Below, one piece after another: positions 8,626 to 18,980 of a stretch of 64,000 nt of DNA. The stretch comes from a virus. Taxonomy: Duplodnaviria; Heunggongvirae; Uroviricota; Caudoviricetes. The notes under the pieces were generated by a model, which worked only from the letters and a program-made list of their open reading frames with translations, was not told the origin of the DNA and did not search any database. Every line of letters starts with the position of its first letter. Position 1 is the stretch's first letter. Position numbers and translations under genes: made by a program. The stretch is from IMG/VR virus record IMGVR_UViG_3300031555_002005; one strand, given 5' to 3'.

Positions 8626-9044
8626 TGAGCGAAAGAGAGAATTTTATTGTCGTCAATGGTCAAAAATATTATACCGGAACTGTTTTTCTGATTGATTTTC
8701 ATGGTAAGGTACAAGAGGCATCTTTTGTCTGCACTGTTGTCAAGACAAATAGAGTTCGATGTAAACTTGCTAACTCTTACTGGTTTATACATGCTGACGA
8801 TTTTCGCAAAAGAATTGTTGAGATCACAGATAAGGTTGATTCCAGTGTGCACATGCCCGTTACCAAAACAATGAAAGACACTGAGATTGGCAGCCTGTTT
8901 ATTGGCTGGCTGTGGTATATTTTTCTTATGGCAATTAGCACGATTTTTAAAAATGCAATTGGACTGTGGTGTTTTATTTCTTGGGTGTTTTTTACTTGGA
9001 GAGCTAAGAAAATAAAAGAGGAGGGGACTTACATTGAGTGGTAG
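8625..9044 (+). CDS. membrane-anchored hypothetical protein
   Basis: ATG overlaps stop (TAATG), RBS GGAGGA; C-terminal hydrophobic helices. Confidence 0.7.
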   Translation: MSERENFIVVNGQKYYTGTVFLIDFHGKVQEASFVCTVVKTNRVRCKLANSYWFIHADDFRKRIVEITDKVDSSVHMPVTKTMKDTEIGSLFIGWLWYIFLMAISTIFKNAIGLWCFISWVFFTWRAKKIKEEGTYIEW

Positions 9045-10008
9045 ACTTGAAAAAGAAAGACAAATCGAACAGCAGGTCATGAAAAAACTTGACTCTATGC
9101 CTTCTATCTTAACAGACTATTATTATAGTTTAATTGGTGCAGGCAAATCATATAGAACTGCAAAAGTATATATAGAAAATGTAATTCAGTTTGTAAAATT
9201 TACATTTGGAAAAAATATTAAAGAAGACTTTTATTCTAGTGTGAACGCAATCCATATCAATAGATATATTGCTTCTCTGAGAACAAAGACTGTAAAAGGA
9301 AAAACGGAGCGCACATCTGATAGTCACAAAACATTAAATTGGTCTTCTTTAAATTCGTTTTTTCAATTCTTGGTTCCAGATTATATTTCCACAAACCCTG
9401 TGGCAAATACAAAAAGACCCAAAATGAAAGATAATCCAAATGTTACATTCTTGGACACGGAAGAAATGGCAAAAATCTTTAAAAATGTTAAAGAAAAAGC
9501 GAATCCACGAATGTTAAATAGAGATATGTGCCTTTTAAAACTTGGGTTTGCTACGGGCTTACGTATTTCTGCAATAGTACAAATTGATATTGATGATTTA
9601 GATTTAAAACGTAATCAAATCAGAATTACAGAAAAGGGAGATCATGACGATTATGTGATTATAGGAGATAATCTTAAAGCGCAAGTTGAACTGTGGCTAA
9701 AAGACAGAGAGGAATATTTTAGTGATGTAAACAGTAATGCTCTGTTTGTTTCGCAAGAAAAGAATAGACTTAGCGCACGATCTGTTAAGGATTTAATGGA
9801 TAAATATACACTTGGCGCAACTGATAAAAAGGTTACACCTCATGTAATGCGTCACTCTTGTGCGACAAATTTGTATGAAAAAACTGGAGATATTTATCTG
9901 TGTGCAAGACAGTTACATCATAAAAATGTATCTACAACACAGAGATATGCTGAGCTGTCTAAAGAGAAACAGAAAAAGGCGGCGAATATTCTTGATGACA
10001 TGATTTGA
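9034..10008 (+). CDS. int: tyrosine recombinase / phage integrase
   Basis: GLRISAI, HVMRHSCATNLY, TTQRYAE (R..HxxR..Y catalytic set); TTG start after GAGGAGGGG. Confidence 0.88.
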   Translation: MSGRLEKERQIEQQVMKKLDSMPSILTDYYYSLIGAGKSYRTAKVYIENVIQFVKFTFGKNIKEDFYSSVNAIHINRYIASLRTKTVKGKTERTSDSHKTLNWSSLNSFFQFLVPDYISTNPVANTKRPKMKDNPNVTFLDTEEMAKIFKNVKEKANPRMLNRDMCLLKLGFATGLRISAIVQIDIDDLDLKRNQIRITEKGDHDDYVIIGDNLKAQVELWLKDREEYFSDVNSNALFVSQEKNRLSARSVKDLMDKYTLGATDKKVTPHVMRHSCATNLYEKTGDIYLCARQLHHKNVSTTQRYAELSKEKQKKAANILDDMI

Positions 10009-10038
10009 CAAGAATATGATTATTCCAACAATTACAAA

Positions 10039-10067
10039 TTGACAAACACGTGTTCGCAATGTATAAT
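10039..10067 (+). promoter_or_regulatory. sigma70-type promoter
   Basis: TTGACA-N17-TATAAT (TG-extended). Confidence 0.75.
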
Positions 10068-10090
10068 ATTCCACGAAGGGGTGGCAAACA

Positions 10091-11005
10091 ATGTATCAAT
10101 CTGAAATGAAAGAGGGTTTTATAAAAGACTATATGAGATCAAGGGTGGTTGCTCGAACGTCTTTATATAGTTTATTCAGAAAAACAGAACCATTTGAAGA
10201 AGAGAATAAAAAGGATTGCAGTCAGTTCAATCAAGATGAAGCTTTATCTATGTACACAAAATTTAAAGCAAAATCAATTTATGTGCTTCTTAATTATAAT
10301 ACAATTTTAAAAGCTTATTGTGCATGGAGACACTATTACCATAAAGAAAAAGTTACGGACTCATATGACAATACTACTATAGAATTACTGAAACCATGTG
10401 TCCCAGAAGATAGTAATAAGTTTTTATCAAGAGAAGAAATAATAGAAATAGAAGATCAATTATATAATTGGACCGACAAGGCAATTGTAGAGTGTTTATG
10501 GGAAGGTATTTCTGGACCAAGTATGATTGACTTGGTGAATATCAATAGATCTATGGTCGATTTTAAGGAAAAGGAAATGTACTTTTCAGACGGAAGAATA
10601 ATTGAATTAACTGATAGGTTATGTGAGCTTTTAAACAAGACATTTGATGAAATTGAGTATATGTGCTACGGAGAATCATTAAGAGTTAAAAAGCTTGTTG
10701 GAATTGGCAATCTATACAAAGAAAGAGATAATGCGCATGCAACAGATTCAAATGATAAATATTTCAGATGGGTGTATAGGAAAGTACAAAATTTTAGAGA
10801 TCATGTTGGTATCCCCGGACTAACCATGAAAAATATACACATATCTGGTATGTATCATTATTTGTGTCAAGGGATGCAAGAAACTGGGCTTGACCTGAAA
10901 AGCTTCTTGAAATCTCAAGATGGTGCGGAATTGGCTTGTAAATATGGTTTTCATTCAGATAGTTACGTAGATAATTTAACACACCGCTTTAAAGATTTTG
11001 TTTAA
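10091..11005 (+). CDS. hypothetical protein (304 aa), possibly integrase-associated DNA-binding
   Basis: RBS GAAGGGG; function guess only from position next to int. Confidence 0.75.
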   Translation: MYQSEMKEGFIKDYMRSRVVARTSLYSLFRKTEPFEEENKKDCSQFNQDEALSMYTKFKAKSIYVLLNYNTILKAYCAWRHYYHKEKVTDSYDNTTIELLKPCVPEDSNKFLSREEIIEIEDQLYNWTDKAIVECLWEGISGPSMIDLVNINRSMVDFKEKEMYFSDGRIIELTDRLCELLNKTFDEIEYMCYGESLRVKKLVGIGNLYKERDNAHATDSNDKYFRWVYRKVQNFRDHVGIPGLTMKNIHISGMYHYLCQGMQETGLDLKSFLKSQDGAELACKYGFHSDSYVDNLTHRFKDFV

Positions 11006-11035
11006 GTTATTGACATTATTAAGGGGGATTTAGAA

Positions 11036-11305
11036 TTGTTTCAGACTATTACTACAGAATTTACGAGAAAATTTAATGAATTGAACGGAAAAAATGCAGA
11101 TGTCCAAATTAAGCATGCTCTTTATGGATCTCAAAAAATTAAAAGATGTGTTCTCCATCCTTTTGTTGATGGGGAACGCATTGGATTAAATATTAATGAG
11201 GAAGATATTTACATTACAACTGAAGAGCTAAGGGAGACTAGGGTGGGGGCAAATCAATATGTTATTAAAGGGGAATTGATGGAATTATATATTAGTTTAT
11301 TATAA
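11036..11305 (+). CDS. hypothetical protein (89 aa)
   Basis: TTG start after RBS AAGGGGG. Confidence 0.6.
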   Translation: MFQTITTEFTRKFNELNGKNADVQIKHALYGSQKIKRCVLHPFVDGERIGLNINEEDIYITTEELRETRVGANQYVIKGELMELYISLL

Positions 11306-11330
11306 GAAAAGTATGGCGGCGAGGGAGGGC

Positions 11331-11359
11331 TTGACAAAATAGAAAAAATATGTTATACT
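11331..11359 (+). promoter_or_regulatory. sigma70-type promoter
   Basis: TTGACA-N17-TATACT; box copy at 11376..11392 downstream. Confidence 0.7.
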
Positions 11360-11375
11360 ATCACTAGCAAAAGAA

Positions 11376-11392
11376 ACAATACAAAATGAATG
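11376..11392 (+). promoter_or_regulatory. ACAATACAAAATTAAT box copy (variant)
   Basis: acaatacaaaatgaatg at about +17 of promoter 11331. Confidence 0.55.
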
Positions 11393-11635
11393 TGTGTTTT
11401 ACAGCTGGTGAAGGGAGGTTACATATGTTTGGAAGGCAGGGGAAAAGAGCGCACGTGGATTCAGTGCCAAAGTTGTGGGCATATATACCAAACAAACAAA
11501 AAAGTTTCTATTGAGAAATCGATAATTGAATCAGTTTGTCCAGAATGTGAGGGACATGTTGGGTTAAACTGCGGAGATAAAGAAGAAGATATTTATGTTT
11601 ATATGAATCCAAATTTAGATAATAGATACTACTAA
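11390..11635 (+). CDS. zinc-ribbon small protein
   Basis: CQSC..CPEC; real start probably in-frame TTG 11429 behind RBS AAGGGAGG. Confidence 0.65.
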   Translation: MCVLQLVKGGYICLEGRGKERTWIQCQSCGHIYQTNKKVSIEKSIIESVCPECEGHVGLNCGDKEEDIYVYMNPNLDNRYY

Positions 11636-11657
11636 GGAAATTATATTTTTATAATTA

Positions 11658-11674
11658 ACAATACAAAATTTATG
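11658..11674 (+). promoter_or_regulatory. ACAATACAAAATTAAT box copy (variant)
   Basis: acaatacaaaatttatg upstream of RBS of 11694 ORF. Confidence 0.55.
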
Positions 11675-11693
11675 ACAAAAAGAGAGGTACTAT

Positions 11694-12047
11694 ATGGTTT
11701 ATTACGGAACTAGTAAAATTGAAACTCTATGGGTTGGGCCAGAGAACGACATGGATGATGTTTGCTGCATTGACATGACTAAGGCATATGATGAGAATAT
11801 GTTTTATGTTAGTACATGCTGTAATACTGATTGGGTGTGGAAGTTCAAGATGGAGGGAGAAACCAACTATGAAATGGTAAAGTACACCATTATTGATGAA
11901 ATTTTTGAATGCGAGAATATGATTGAACTGATGGATCATCTTGATGACATTTTTGGAGAACTTTTTGATGATATTGTTGCGTATGAAGATGAGGCACATG
12001 ATGAGCTGTGTTGTGAAAATTGCAACCATAGAAGTTGCTTGAATTAA
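11694..12047 (+). CDS. hypothetical acidic Cys-containing protein
   Basis: RBS AGAGAGG. Confidence 0.75.
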   Translation: MVYYGTSKIETLWVGPENDMDDVCCIDMTKAYDENMFYVSTCCNTDWVWKFKMEGETNYEMVKYTIIDEIFECENMIELMDHLDDIFGELFDDIVAYEDEAHDELCCENCNHRSCLN

Positions 12048-12071
12048 TAAATAGAAAAGTGTGTTGGTAAA

Positions 12072-12944
12072 ATGGAGGAAATTAATAATGGCGTTTTAAC
12101 AATACAAAAAATTTCAAATGAAAAACAAAATTGGTGTGTTTATTTACATACAAACAAAATAAATGGGAAGAAATATGTTGGTATCACTGGCCAAAATCCA
12201 GAAGATAGATGGAGAAGAGATGGTAAAGGATACAGAACTCAAAAGTATTTTTGGAGAGCAATTCAGAAATATGGATGGAACAACTTTAAACATGAAGTTG
12301 TTTTATATAACGAAACTTTTAAATACGCATGTGCCGTAGAAAAATGTTTAATAAAGCATTATAAATCTAATGATCCAAGGTATGGTTATAATCTTACTGA
12401 TGGTGGCGAAGGCGTTTCTGGTAGAACTCCATGGAATTATGGAATACCAATGTCTGACGAAATGAAAGAAATAATACGGAAAGCAAATACTGGGAGAAAA
12501 ATATCCGAAGAAACACGTAAAAAATTAATTAATGCAAAAAAGGGTAAGCCTCCCAATAACGCAGGGCGTCCAATGTCAGACGAAACAAAAAGAAAATTGT
12601 CAATGTCGCTTATTGGACGAGTGTTTGATGATGAGACAAAACAAAAAATTAGCAATTCCAAAAAAGGAAAATACACAGGCGTAGATAGCTCTAGACATCA
12701 CCCAATTTATTGCGTTGAATTAAATGAAATTTTTTGGGGTGCAAAGGCTGTGAAAGATAAGTATGGTTTTACCACATGTAATATTGGAGCATGTTGTAGA
12801 GGAGAGCGAAATTATGCCAATAAACATCCAGACACCGGAGAGAAGCTTCATTGGATCTATTGTGATGATGCAATAAAAAATGGATATATTACATCATTTC
12901 AACTTGATAATTACTATAAAGGATTAATGGACAAAGGAGATTAA
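12072..12944 (+). CDS. GIY-YIG homing endonuclease with NUMOD-like repeats
   Basis: WCVYLHTN..KKYVGIT..RW..GYNLTDGGEG; three repeats of M/ISDETKxKL. Confidence 0.85.
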   Translation: MEEINNGVLTIQKISNEKQNWCVYLHTNKINGKKYVGITGQNPEDRWRRDGKGYRTQKYFWRAIQKYGWNNFKHEVVLYNETFKYACAVEKCLIKHYKSNDPRYGYNLTDGGEGVSGRTPWNYGIPMSDEMKEIIRKANTGRKISEETRKKLINAKKGKPPNNAGRPMSDETKRKLSMSLIGRVFDDETKQKISNSKKGKYTGVDSSRHHPIYCVELNEIFWGAKAVKDKYGFTTCNIGACCRGERNYANKHPDTGEKLHWIYCDDAIKNGYITSFQLDNYYKGLMDKGD

Positions 12945-12948
12945 CAAA

Positions 12949-14016
12949 ATGAGCAACAGGGTATTTGATTTGCAGGAAACCAAGGGAACCTTTCAGGTGA
13001 GAGGTATTATTAATGGTGTAGAAAAGGATCGCTTCTATACTGATAAGAAGACTAAGACTGGCAAGGATTTTAGAGCAGTAAATTTTGGCTGCGAATATGA
13101 TGATAAGCAGACTATTTATCTAAATCTGAATGGTATGCCCCAGCAGAAGGTTTATTTTTCTAAGAGAAATCAGGCAACTGGCAAGACTGAAACTAAGGAC
13201 GTGCCTTGGGCAAATAGAAACAAGTTTAACGAAGAGGGCTTCCGCATGATTGGCGTTGGTCTTGGACTAACTAAGACTAGAGATAATAGTGGCAAGGAAG
13301 TTAATGACAAGAAGACTATGGCACCCTTTGATGCATGTGAGTATATCAATGCAAATCTAAAGGATGATATGTCTACTTTTATTAAGGGCAATGTCGAATT
13401 TAGCAGCTATACTGATAACGAAGGTAATATTCGTAGAAGTGTAAAGTATATTCCTAGCCAGATTTCTCTGTGTAAGGAAGTAGATTTCAGTAAGTATGAT
13501 GATGCAGATAATAAGCCTGCACATGATTTCACTCAGACCATTGTGTTTATGGGCGTAGATCAGGAAAAGGTAGATGATAAGGCAACTGGTAGATTCATTG
13601 TTTCTGCTAAGATTGTAACTTATTCTGATATTGTTGATACTGAATTCTATATTCTTGATAAGAGCCTAGCGAACCTATTTAAGAAGAATCTAAAGCCCTA
13701 TACTGCTATTACTGTACATGGTAAGATTGAAGTATCTCATAGCGTTCAGGAAGTTGAGGAAGAGGATTCTTGGGGTGAAGCAAATGCAATGAATAGAGTT
13801 TCTAATCCTACTAAGGCTGAAATGATTATTACGGGTGCCACTCCTAGTACTATTGATCGTGAGACTTATAATGAGAAGAATGTTGCAGAGGCGGTTGCAA
13901 AGGTAAAGGCATCTAAGACTGCCGAGCAGAATTTCTCTGGCAAGACAACTGAGAGTTCTGATGATAGTTGGGGCGATAGTTATGATGATACAGACGATGA
14001 GTCTGATCCATGGTAA
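12949..14016 (+). CDS. putative ssDNA-binding protein
   Basis: Position in replication module; acidic tail DDTDDESDPW typical of SSB C-termini; fold not verified. Confidence 0.45.
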   Translation: MSNRVFDLQETKGTFQVRGIINGVEKDRFYTDKKTKTGKDFRAVNFGCEYDDKQTIYLNLNGMPQQKVYFSKRNQATGKTETKDVPWANRNKFNEEGFRMIGVGLGLTKTRDNSGKEVNDKKTMAPFDACEYINANLKDDMSTFIKGNVEFSSYTDNEGNIRRSVKYIPSQISLCKEVDFSKYDDADNKPAHDFTQTIVFMGVDQEKVDDKATGRFIVSAKIVTYSDIVDTEFYILDKSLANLFKKNLKPYTAITVHGKIEVSHSVQEVEEEDSWGEANAMNRVSNPTKAEMIITGATPSTIDRETYNEKNVAEAVAKVKASKTAEQNFSGKTTESSDDSWGDSYDDTDDESDPW

Positions 14017-14049
14017 TTAACATTTGACATAAAAGGAGATTAAAGATAT

Positions 14050-15198
14050 ATGGCAATAGCAAGAAGTGGAAGCACAATTAAACCAAAGCTAAACATGTTA
14101 TTTTATGGTGAGCCAGGTGTTGGTAAGTCAACTATGGCGCTACAGCTGGCTTATTTTAAGAGAGAGGATGGAACTCCTTTTAGATTACTAGTTCTAGATG
14201 CAGAGAGTGGCGGCTGTGAAGAATGCCTAGCTGAACTAGAAGAGAACGGTATTGATTTGAGAAACGTATATATTGTATATAGCCAGTCTCAGAAGGAAAT
14301 TAAGGAATACATTGCAAAGGTAAGAGATCACGAGCCATTCTACGAATTGGATGAAGATGGTAATGAAACTGATGAGATCGTTAAGGATGCTTATGGTGAA
14401 GACTTCTACCCTGATGCGCTAGTTCTAGATGGTACTTCTGTTCTAAAGCTAGTTAGCTCTCAGAGCCTACTGGATCTATCTAGAAAGAGAAATAAGATTA
14501 AGGCTGAAAAGTCTGGCGCAACTGCAGAAGAGAAGTTTGTTGCAGTAAGTAATGCAAACCTAGAGCTAAAGGACTACTCCCAGCTGAATTACTCAGGACA
14601 GGATCTAGTTCTTTCTCTGATGGCATGTGGTGTGCATGTTATTATCACTGCAAGAGAAAAGGACGAGACTGTTTCCGTCAAAGGAGACGATGGTAAGATT
14701 ACTAGCGTTGCTACTGGCAAGCGTGTGTATGATTCCTTTAAGGGAATGGATTACAACACTAAGACTCTAGTCAGATTGTATAGAGATGATCTAGGTCAGG
14801 TGTGTGCCGAAGTTATTAAGGATAGAACTCGTGTTTACTCTGCAGGTGAGATTATTGAGAATCCTTCCTTGCTTGCTTGGGAAAGTGTTATTCAGAAGGG
14901 TAAGGGCAAGGCAGATTTTACTTTGAGAAATGACTTGGACAAGGCAATTGACACCGATCAGGCAATCTTTGAAAAGCAGATGATGGGTAGTAATGCTGCG
15001 GAAGCAGAGGATAAATCTGTAGCTGCTGGTTCAGCTGATAGTTTGAGAGCAACAATCAAGAGTGCTGTTGCAAAGCTAAGTAATGAAGGTAAGCAGGAAA
15101 TGAAAAAGAAGCTGACTGAAGCAAATCTTCCTACGAATTTTACAAAGGTAACTGATGTAAATGTCCTTCAGCAGATTCTAAATATTGTTTCTGAATAA
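14050..15198 (+). CDS. RecA-like AAA ATPase (Sak4/AAA_24-like)
   Basis: Walker A GEPGVGKST; Walker B-like LVLDG. Confidence 0.6.
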   Translation: MAIARSGSTIKPKLNMLFYGEPGVGKSTMALQLAYFKREDGTPFRLLVLDAESGGCEECLAELEENGIDLRNVYIVYSQSQKEIKEYIAKVRDHEPFYELDEDGNETDEIVKDAYGEDFYPDALVLDGTSVLKLVSSQSLLDLSRKRNKIKAEKSGATAEEKFVAVSNANLELKDYSQLNYSGQDLVLSLMACGVHVIITAREKDETVSVKGDDGKITSVATGKRVYDSFKGMDYNTKTLVRLYRDDLGQVCAEVIKDRTRVYSAGEIIENPSLLAWESVIQKGKGKADFTLRNDLDKAIDTDQAIFEKQMMGSNAAEAEDKSVAAGSADSLRATIKSAVAKLSNEGKQEMKKKLTEANLPTNFTKVTDVNVLQQILNIVSE

Positions 15199-15214
15199 CA
15201 GTATGAAATTAATG
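15198..15214 (+). promoter_or_regulatory. ACAATACAAAATTAAT box copy (variant)
   Basis: acagtatgaaattaatg overlapping stop of 14050..15198. Confidence 0.45.
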
Positions 15215-15242
15215 TAGGGAGGCTTAGTCCTCCCTATCTTTA
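15215..15242 (+). terminator. terminator-like hairpin
   Basis: tagggagg-cttagt-cctcccta then TCTTT. Confidence 0.6.
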
Positions 15243-15272
15243 TATATGCATTGGCAGAAATGGAGATCTAAA

Positions 15273-15929
15273 ATGGCTAATTCTACAGTAAGAAAGTGTG
15301 AGCATTGTAAGGACAGTATACTTATTGACAGAAATAATGTTCATGATGTAACACTGTTTAAAAATAAATATTATCATAGCAAGTGCTTTAAAGAACGTGT
15401 AGAACAAAGACTTGCAGGTAAAAATCCACATAAGATGTGGAAGGATGCATTGAGCCACGTGGGCGAGTATGAAAATGACGCAAAGGAAGCAATAGAATTT
15501 TGGTTCAATAGAGATGATATATACAATCACTTGTTAGACAACTATGATATTGTAGAGGTTCCAGGTACAGTATTTACACGTCTTGATGCGGTTATTACTG
15601 GTACATATGGACGTAAGTCAAAGCCAATTGACTATGCAGATTTTGTGTCATGTTGGCGTGATGGTCAAACAACTCTTAATAGGATTAACAGAAATAATAG
15701 GGTGAATGGTAAAAATATCGATGGAGTTCATAGAATAAATTATGACTTGGCAGTTGTTCTCAAGAAGTTTCCGCAGTGGAGAAAGCATCAAGAGAAATTG
15801 AAAGCTGAGCGCATTGAAGCTGAAAGAGCGCAAAGGGAAGCTGTGCGCATTAATTATGATAGCATGATCAGAACAGAAATCAAGCATGAAGGTTTGGATG
15901 ACATTTCTGATTTACTAGATGAATTTTAA
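15273..15929 (+). CDS. hypothetical zinc-finger protein
   Basis: Start moved to ATG 15273 (RBS GGAG); CEHC..HSKC. Confidence 0.7.
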   Translation: MANSTVRKCEHCKDSILIDRNNVHDVTLFKNKYYHSKCFKERVEQRLAGKNPHKMWKDALSHVGEYENDAKEAIEFWFNRDDIYNHLLDNYDIVEVPGTVFTRLDAVITGTYGRKSKPIDYADFVSCWRDGQTTLNRINRNNRVNGKNIDGVHRINYDLAVVLKKFPQWRKHQEKLKAERIEAERAQREAVRINYDSMIRTEIKHEGLDDISDLLDEF

Positions 15930-15933
15930 GTAG

Positions 15934-17490
15934 GTGACAGAATTGCAAAATGAAAATAATGCAGTGAAATTTGATAAAACAAATGTACAGTCGGAGCTAT
16001 TGTTTTGCGGCTGTATGTATAAAGAACCAGATTTATATCTAAGTTATGGTGAATCTACAAAGTCTAAGTATGACTTGTCTGATCCTGCGACAAGATTTTT
16101 TTATGACTTGTTTGAAGATTACTATTTAACTTTCAGTCAGGATATTTCTCAGAACAAAATCAATAATTTTGTAACGCAAAACTCTGAAAGATTGAAGTCA
16201 TACAAGAGTTATGGTGGATGGAAAACCATTCAGAACATGATGGATTTAGCAGATCCTAATGATTTTAAGAACGTATTTAATACGGTCAAGAAGTATTCAT
16301 TGATTCGTGAATATGACAAGCAAGGATTCCCTGCTGAAAAAATGCTGTCAATGAAGAACTTCCAGTACATGACGGCTCATGATGTGTATCGTATGATGCG
16401 CAGTAAGGCAGATAAAATTAATACTAAAATTAATGTTATTGAAGAGCCTGTATTGCTTACTAAGGGAGTTTCTAAAGTTGTTGATTCTTATTTGTTGGCT
16501 CCGCAATTTGGCATTCAGACGCACTGGAAGGGATACAATGAATATTTTAGAGGTCTATTGCCTGGAAATGTTTTATTCCAAGGTTTTCTTTCCAATGAAG
16601 GTAAGTCAAGAAATCTTGTTAATCTAATTGCATATGTTACTCTTGTTAAAAAACAAAAGTTTATGCTGCTAAGTAATGAGATGACTGAAGATGCAATGAA
16701 GAACTGCTTGATTACTACTGTACTAAACTGCAAGGAATTTAAGGAACTTCATGGTGTTGAGCTTATGAAGCCTGAAAAAGAAATCACCATGGGCATGTAC
16801 AGAGATGATGTTACAGGTGAGTTTATAGAAAGAAAAAATGATGGCAAGGGAAACTTCACAGAAAGCGAAGAAGATTTCCTTAACAGAATTAAAAGCACAA
16901 AGGAATATCAGGACGTAATTAAGGTTGCCAACTGGATGGAAGAACAGCTGGAAGGCAAATTCTATTTTAATGATATTACCTCTGATTATAGCGATGAAGC
17001 AATTGAGTTGGAAGTCAGAAGAGCAAAGCTTGTTTATAATTGTAATTGCTTTGCGGTTGATACATTGAAAGCTTGGGGCGCTGAGGACTGGGTTAAGGTT
17101 AAGGCAACTGCTACCAAGATTGTTGAGCTTGGAAAGGAATTGAAGTTATTCGGTATGTGCACATTCCAGCTGACTGACGCAACAGTATTTGATAGTGTGT
17201 TTGATCTGTCGAGTAATAATATTGGTGCGGCTAAGGGCATAAAGCATCCAGTCGATTTATTGACGCTTGGTAAAAGAATTACACCAGAAGAATATCCGTC
17301 GTTGCAATATTTGGCTTATGACGATAATTGGGGCGAAGAGGTAGCACATGACCTTGATCCTCAGAAGCAATATTTTGGCCTGCGAATCGACAAGAACCGT
17401 CTAAATGAGAAGGGTAAGATACTATTGTTTTCCTACGATTTAAATTTCAATTTTTGGTACAACGAGGGAATTTTGATTAAAAAGAAATAA
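15934..17490 (+). CDS. DnaB-like replicative helicase
   Basis: 518 aa; degenerate P-loop SNEGKSR, size and position next to ATPase and primase-type genes. Confidence 0.65.
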   Translation: MTELQNENNAVKFDKTNVQSELLFCGCMYKEPDLYLSYGESTKSKYDLSDPATRFFYDLFEDYYLTFSQDISQNKINNFVTQNSERLKSYKSYGGWKTIQNMMDLADPNDFKNVFNTVKKYSLIREYDKQGFPAEKMLSMKNFQYMTAHDVYRMMRSKADKINTKINVIEEPVLLTKGVSKVVDSYLLAPQFGIQTHWKGYNEYFRGLLPGNVLFQGFLSNEGKSRNLVNLIAYVTLVKKQKFMLLSNEMTEDAMKNCLITTVLNCKEFKELHGVELMKPEKEITMGMYRDDVTGEFIERKNDGKGNFTESEEDFLNRIKSTKEYQDVIKVANWMEEQLEGKFYFNDITSDYSDEAIELEVRRAKLVYNCNCFAVDTLKAWGAEDWVKVKATATKIVELGKELKLFGMCTFQLTDATVFDSVFDLSSNNIGAAKGIKHPVDLLTLGKRITPEEYPSLQYLAYDDNWGEEVAHDLDPQKQYFGLRIDKNRLNEKGKILLFSYDLNFNFWYNEGILIKKK

Positions 17491-17547
17491 AAGCGAAACA
17501 AAAAGCTCAAAAAGAAAGGAATTTGACAACATGGAAGTGACTTAATA

Positions 17548-18603
17548 TTGGAACAAATCAATAATAATTGGTGTGTTTATATGCACACCAATATCATAAA
17601 TAATAAAAAATATATTGGAATTACGTGCAAGAAGCCAGAACATAGGTGGAATGAAGGCAAAGGATATAAACATAATAGATATTTTTGGAATGCAATTCAA
17701 AAATATGGTTGGGAAAATTTTAAACATGAAATTGTTTCATTTAACCTCTCTCACGATGATGCTTGTAAAATGGAAAAATATTTAATCGCTTATTATAGCT
17801 CGAATAATTCGATATATGGTTATAATCTTACAAGTGGTGGAGATAGTGGGTTTTTACATACTGAAGAAACAAAAGAGAGAATAAGACAAGCTAATAGTGG
17901 TATAAGCAATGCAATGTACGGTATTTCTCCAAAAGAACGAATGGATGAAGATACGTACAAACAATGGCTTTATAAGCAACAGACAAATAAACCACACGGT
18001 GAAGATAATCCACAATATGGTGTATCTCCAAAAGAGAGAATGGATGAAACAACATACCAAGAATGGTTGTACAAACAGAAAAATAACAAGCCAAAAGGGA
18101 AAGACCATCCTATGTATGGAGTGTCGCCACAGGAGCGAATGGACGAAGATACATACAAAAATTGGTTGGAAAAAATGAAAAATCCAGCCAAAAGCATATC
18201 TGTTAAGTGCATTGAAACAGATAAAATATATAAAAGTGCAAGAGAAGCAGAAAGAGAAACAGGAATTGCACACAGTTCAATTGTGAAGTCTTGTATGTCA
18301 GAAGATCATTCGGTAATTGCTGGCGGATTTCATTGGTGTTTGGGCAGCGATAATTTTTCTATGGAGGATCTTGGCTTAGAATATAAAGGTAAGAGGTACA
18401 TTAGGTGCATAGAGACTAATCGTATTTATAAAACAGCCAGAGAAGTTAAGAGAGAAACAGGTTTGGATGACTCATCCATTAACAAATGTTGCAAGGGATA
18501 TTATTTCAAAACAGTTGGTGGCCTTCATTGGGAATATATTTATTTGCTTCCAGAACAATACGAAGAATGGTGCAAAACCAACAACTTAACAACACAAAAT
18601 TAA
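17548..18603 (+). CDS. GIY-YIG homing endonuclease with repeats
   Basis: WCVYMHTN..KKYIGIT..RW..GYNLTSGG; three repeats YGxSPKERMDExTY. Confidence 0.85.
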   Translation: MEQINNNWCVYMHTNIINNKKYIGITCKKPEHRWNEGKGYKHNRYFWNAIQKYGWENFKHEIVSFNLSHDDACKMEKYLIAYYSSNNSIYGYNLTSGGDSGFLHTEETKERIRQANSGISNAMYGISPKERMDEDTYKQWLYKQQTNKPHGEDNPQYGVSPKERMDETTYQEWLYKQKNNKPKGKDHPMYGVSPQERMDEDTYKNWLEKMKNPAKSISVKCIETDKIYKSAREAERETGIAHSSIVKSCMSEDHSVIAGGFHWCLGSDNFSMEDLGLEYKGKRYIRCIETNRIYKTAREVKRETGLDDSSINKCCKGYYFKTVGGLHWEYIYLLPEQYEEWCKTNNLTTQN

Positions 18604-18605
18604 TA
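18589..18605 (+). promoter_or_regulatory. ACAATACAAAATTAAT box copy (variant)
   Basis: acaacacaaaattaata encodes C-terminal TQN-stop of the GIY-YIG gene. Confidence 0.5.
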
Positions 18606-18624
18606 AACGAAAGAAGGGAAGTTC

Positions 18625-18885
18625 ATGGCAGTAAACCTACAATTACGTGCCGAACTCCCAGAGGATGCAATAGTCTTTGACAACATGTCATATGATGGTT
18701 CAATAGTGGGAGTAACGACAGATGGTAGAGTAGTTTATGACTACGATAAAATGGTAGAAGAATTAATGCATGATGAAGAATGGAGCTATGAAGAGGCCGC
18801 AGAGTGGATCGACTATAACACAATTAGAGCGCTTCCATATGCAGGCGAGAATGGTCCAATTATTATGTTTAGTATACTAGAATAA
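18625..18885 (+). CDS. hypothetical protein (86 aa)
   Basis: RBS GAAGGGAAG. Confidence 0.75.
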   Translation: MAVNLQLRAELPEDAIVFDNMSYDGSIVGVTTDGRVVYDYDKMVEELMHDEEWSYEEAAEWIDYNTIRALPYAGENGPIIMFSILE

Positions 18886-18889
18886 CCAG

Positions 18890-18922
18890 TTAGGCAGGGT
18901 AAAATTTGTTTATCCTGCCTAA
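18890..18922 (+). terminator. terminator-like hairpin
   Basis: ttaggcagg-N15-cctgcctaa, abuts -35 of next promoter; no T-run. Confidence 0.45.
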
Positions 18923-18950
18923 TTGACATATGGAAAATTTTTGGTATAAT
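18923..18950 (+). promoter_or_regulatory. sigma70-type promoter
   Basis: TTGACA-N16-TGgTATAAT; box at 18952. Confidence 0.75.
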
Positions 18951-18951
18951 A

Positions 18952-18968
18952 ACAATACAAAATTAATA
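18952..18968 (+). promoter_or_regulatory. ACAATACAAAATTAAT box copy
   Basis: acaatacaaaattaata 2 nt after -10. Confidence 0.6.
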
Positions 18969-18980
18969 GGAGTGAATATT

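Noticed and set aside
17523-17548. TTGACA...TAATAT promoter-like sequence before the GIY-YIG gene
   Set aside because: The spacer is only 14 nt, which is unlikely to be functional as a sigma70-type promoter.
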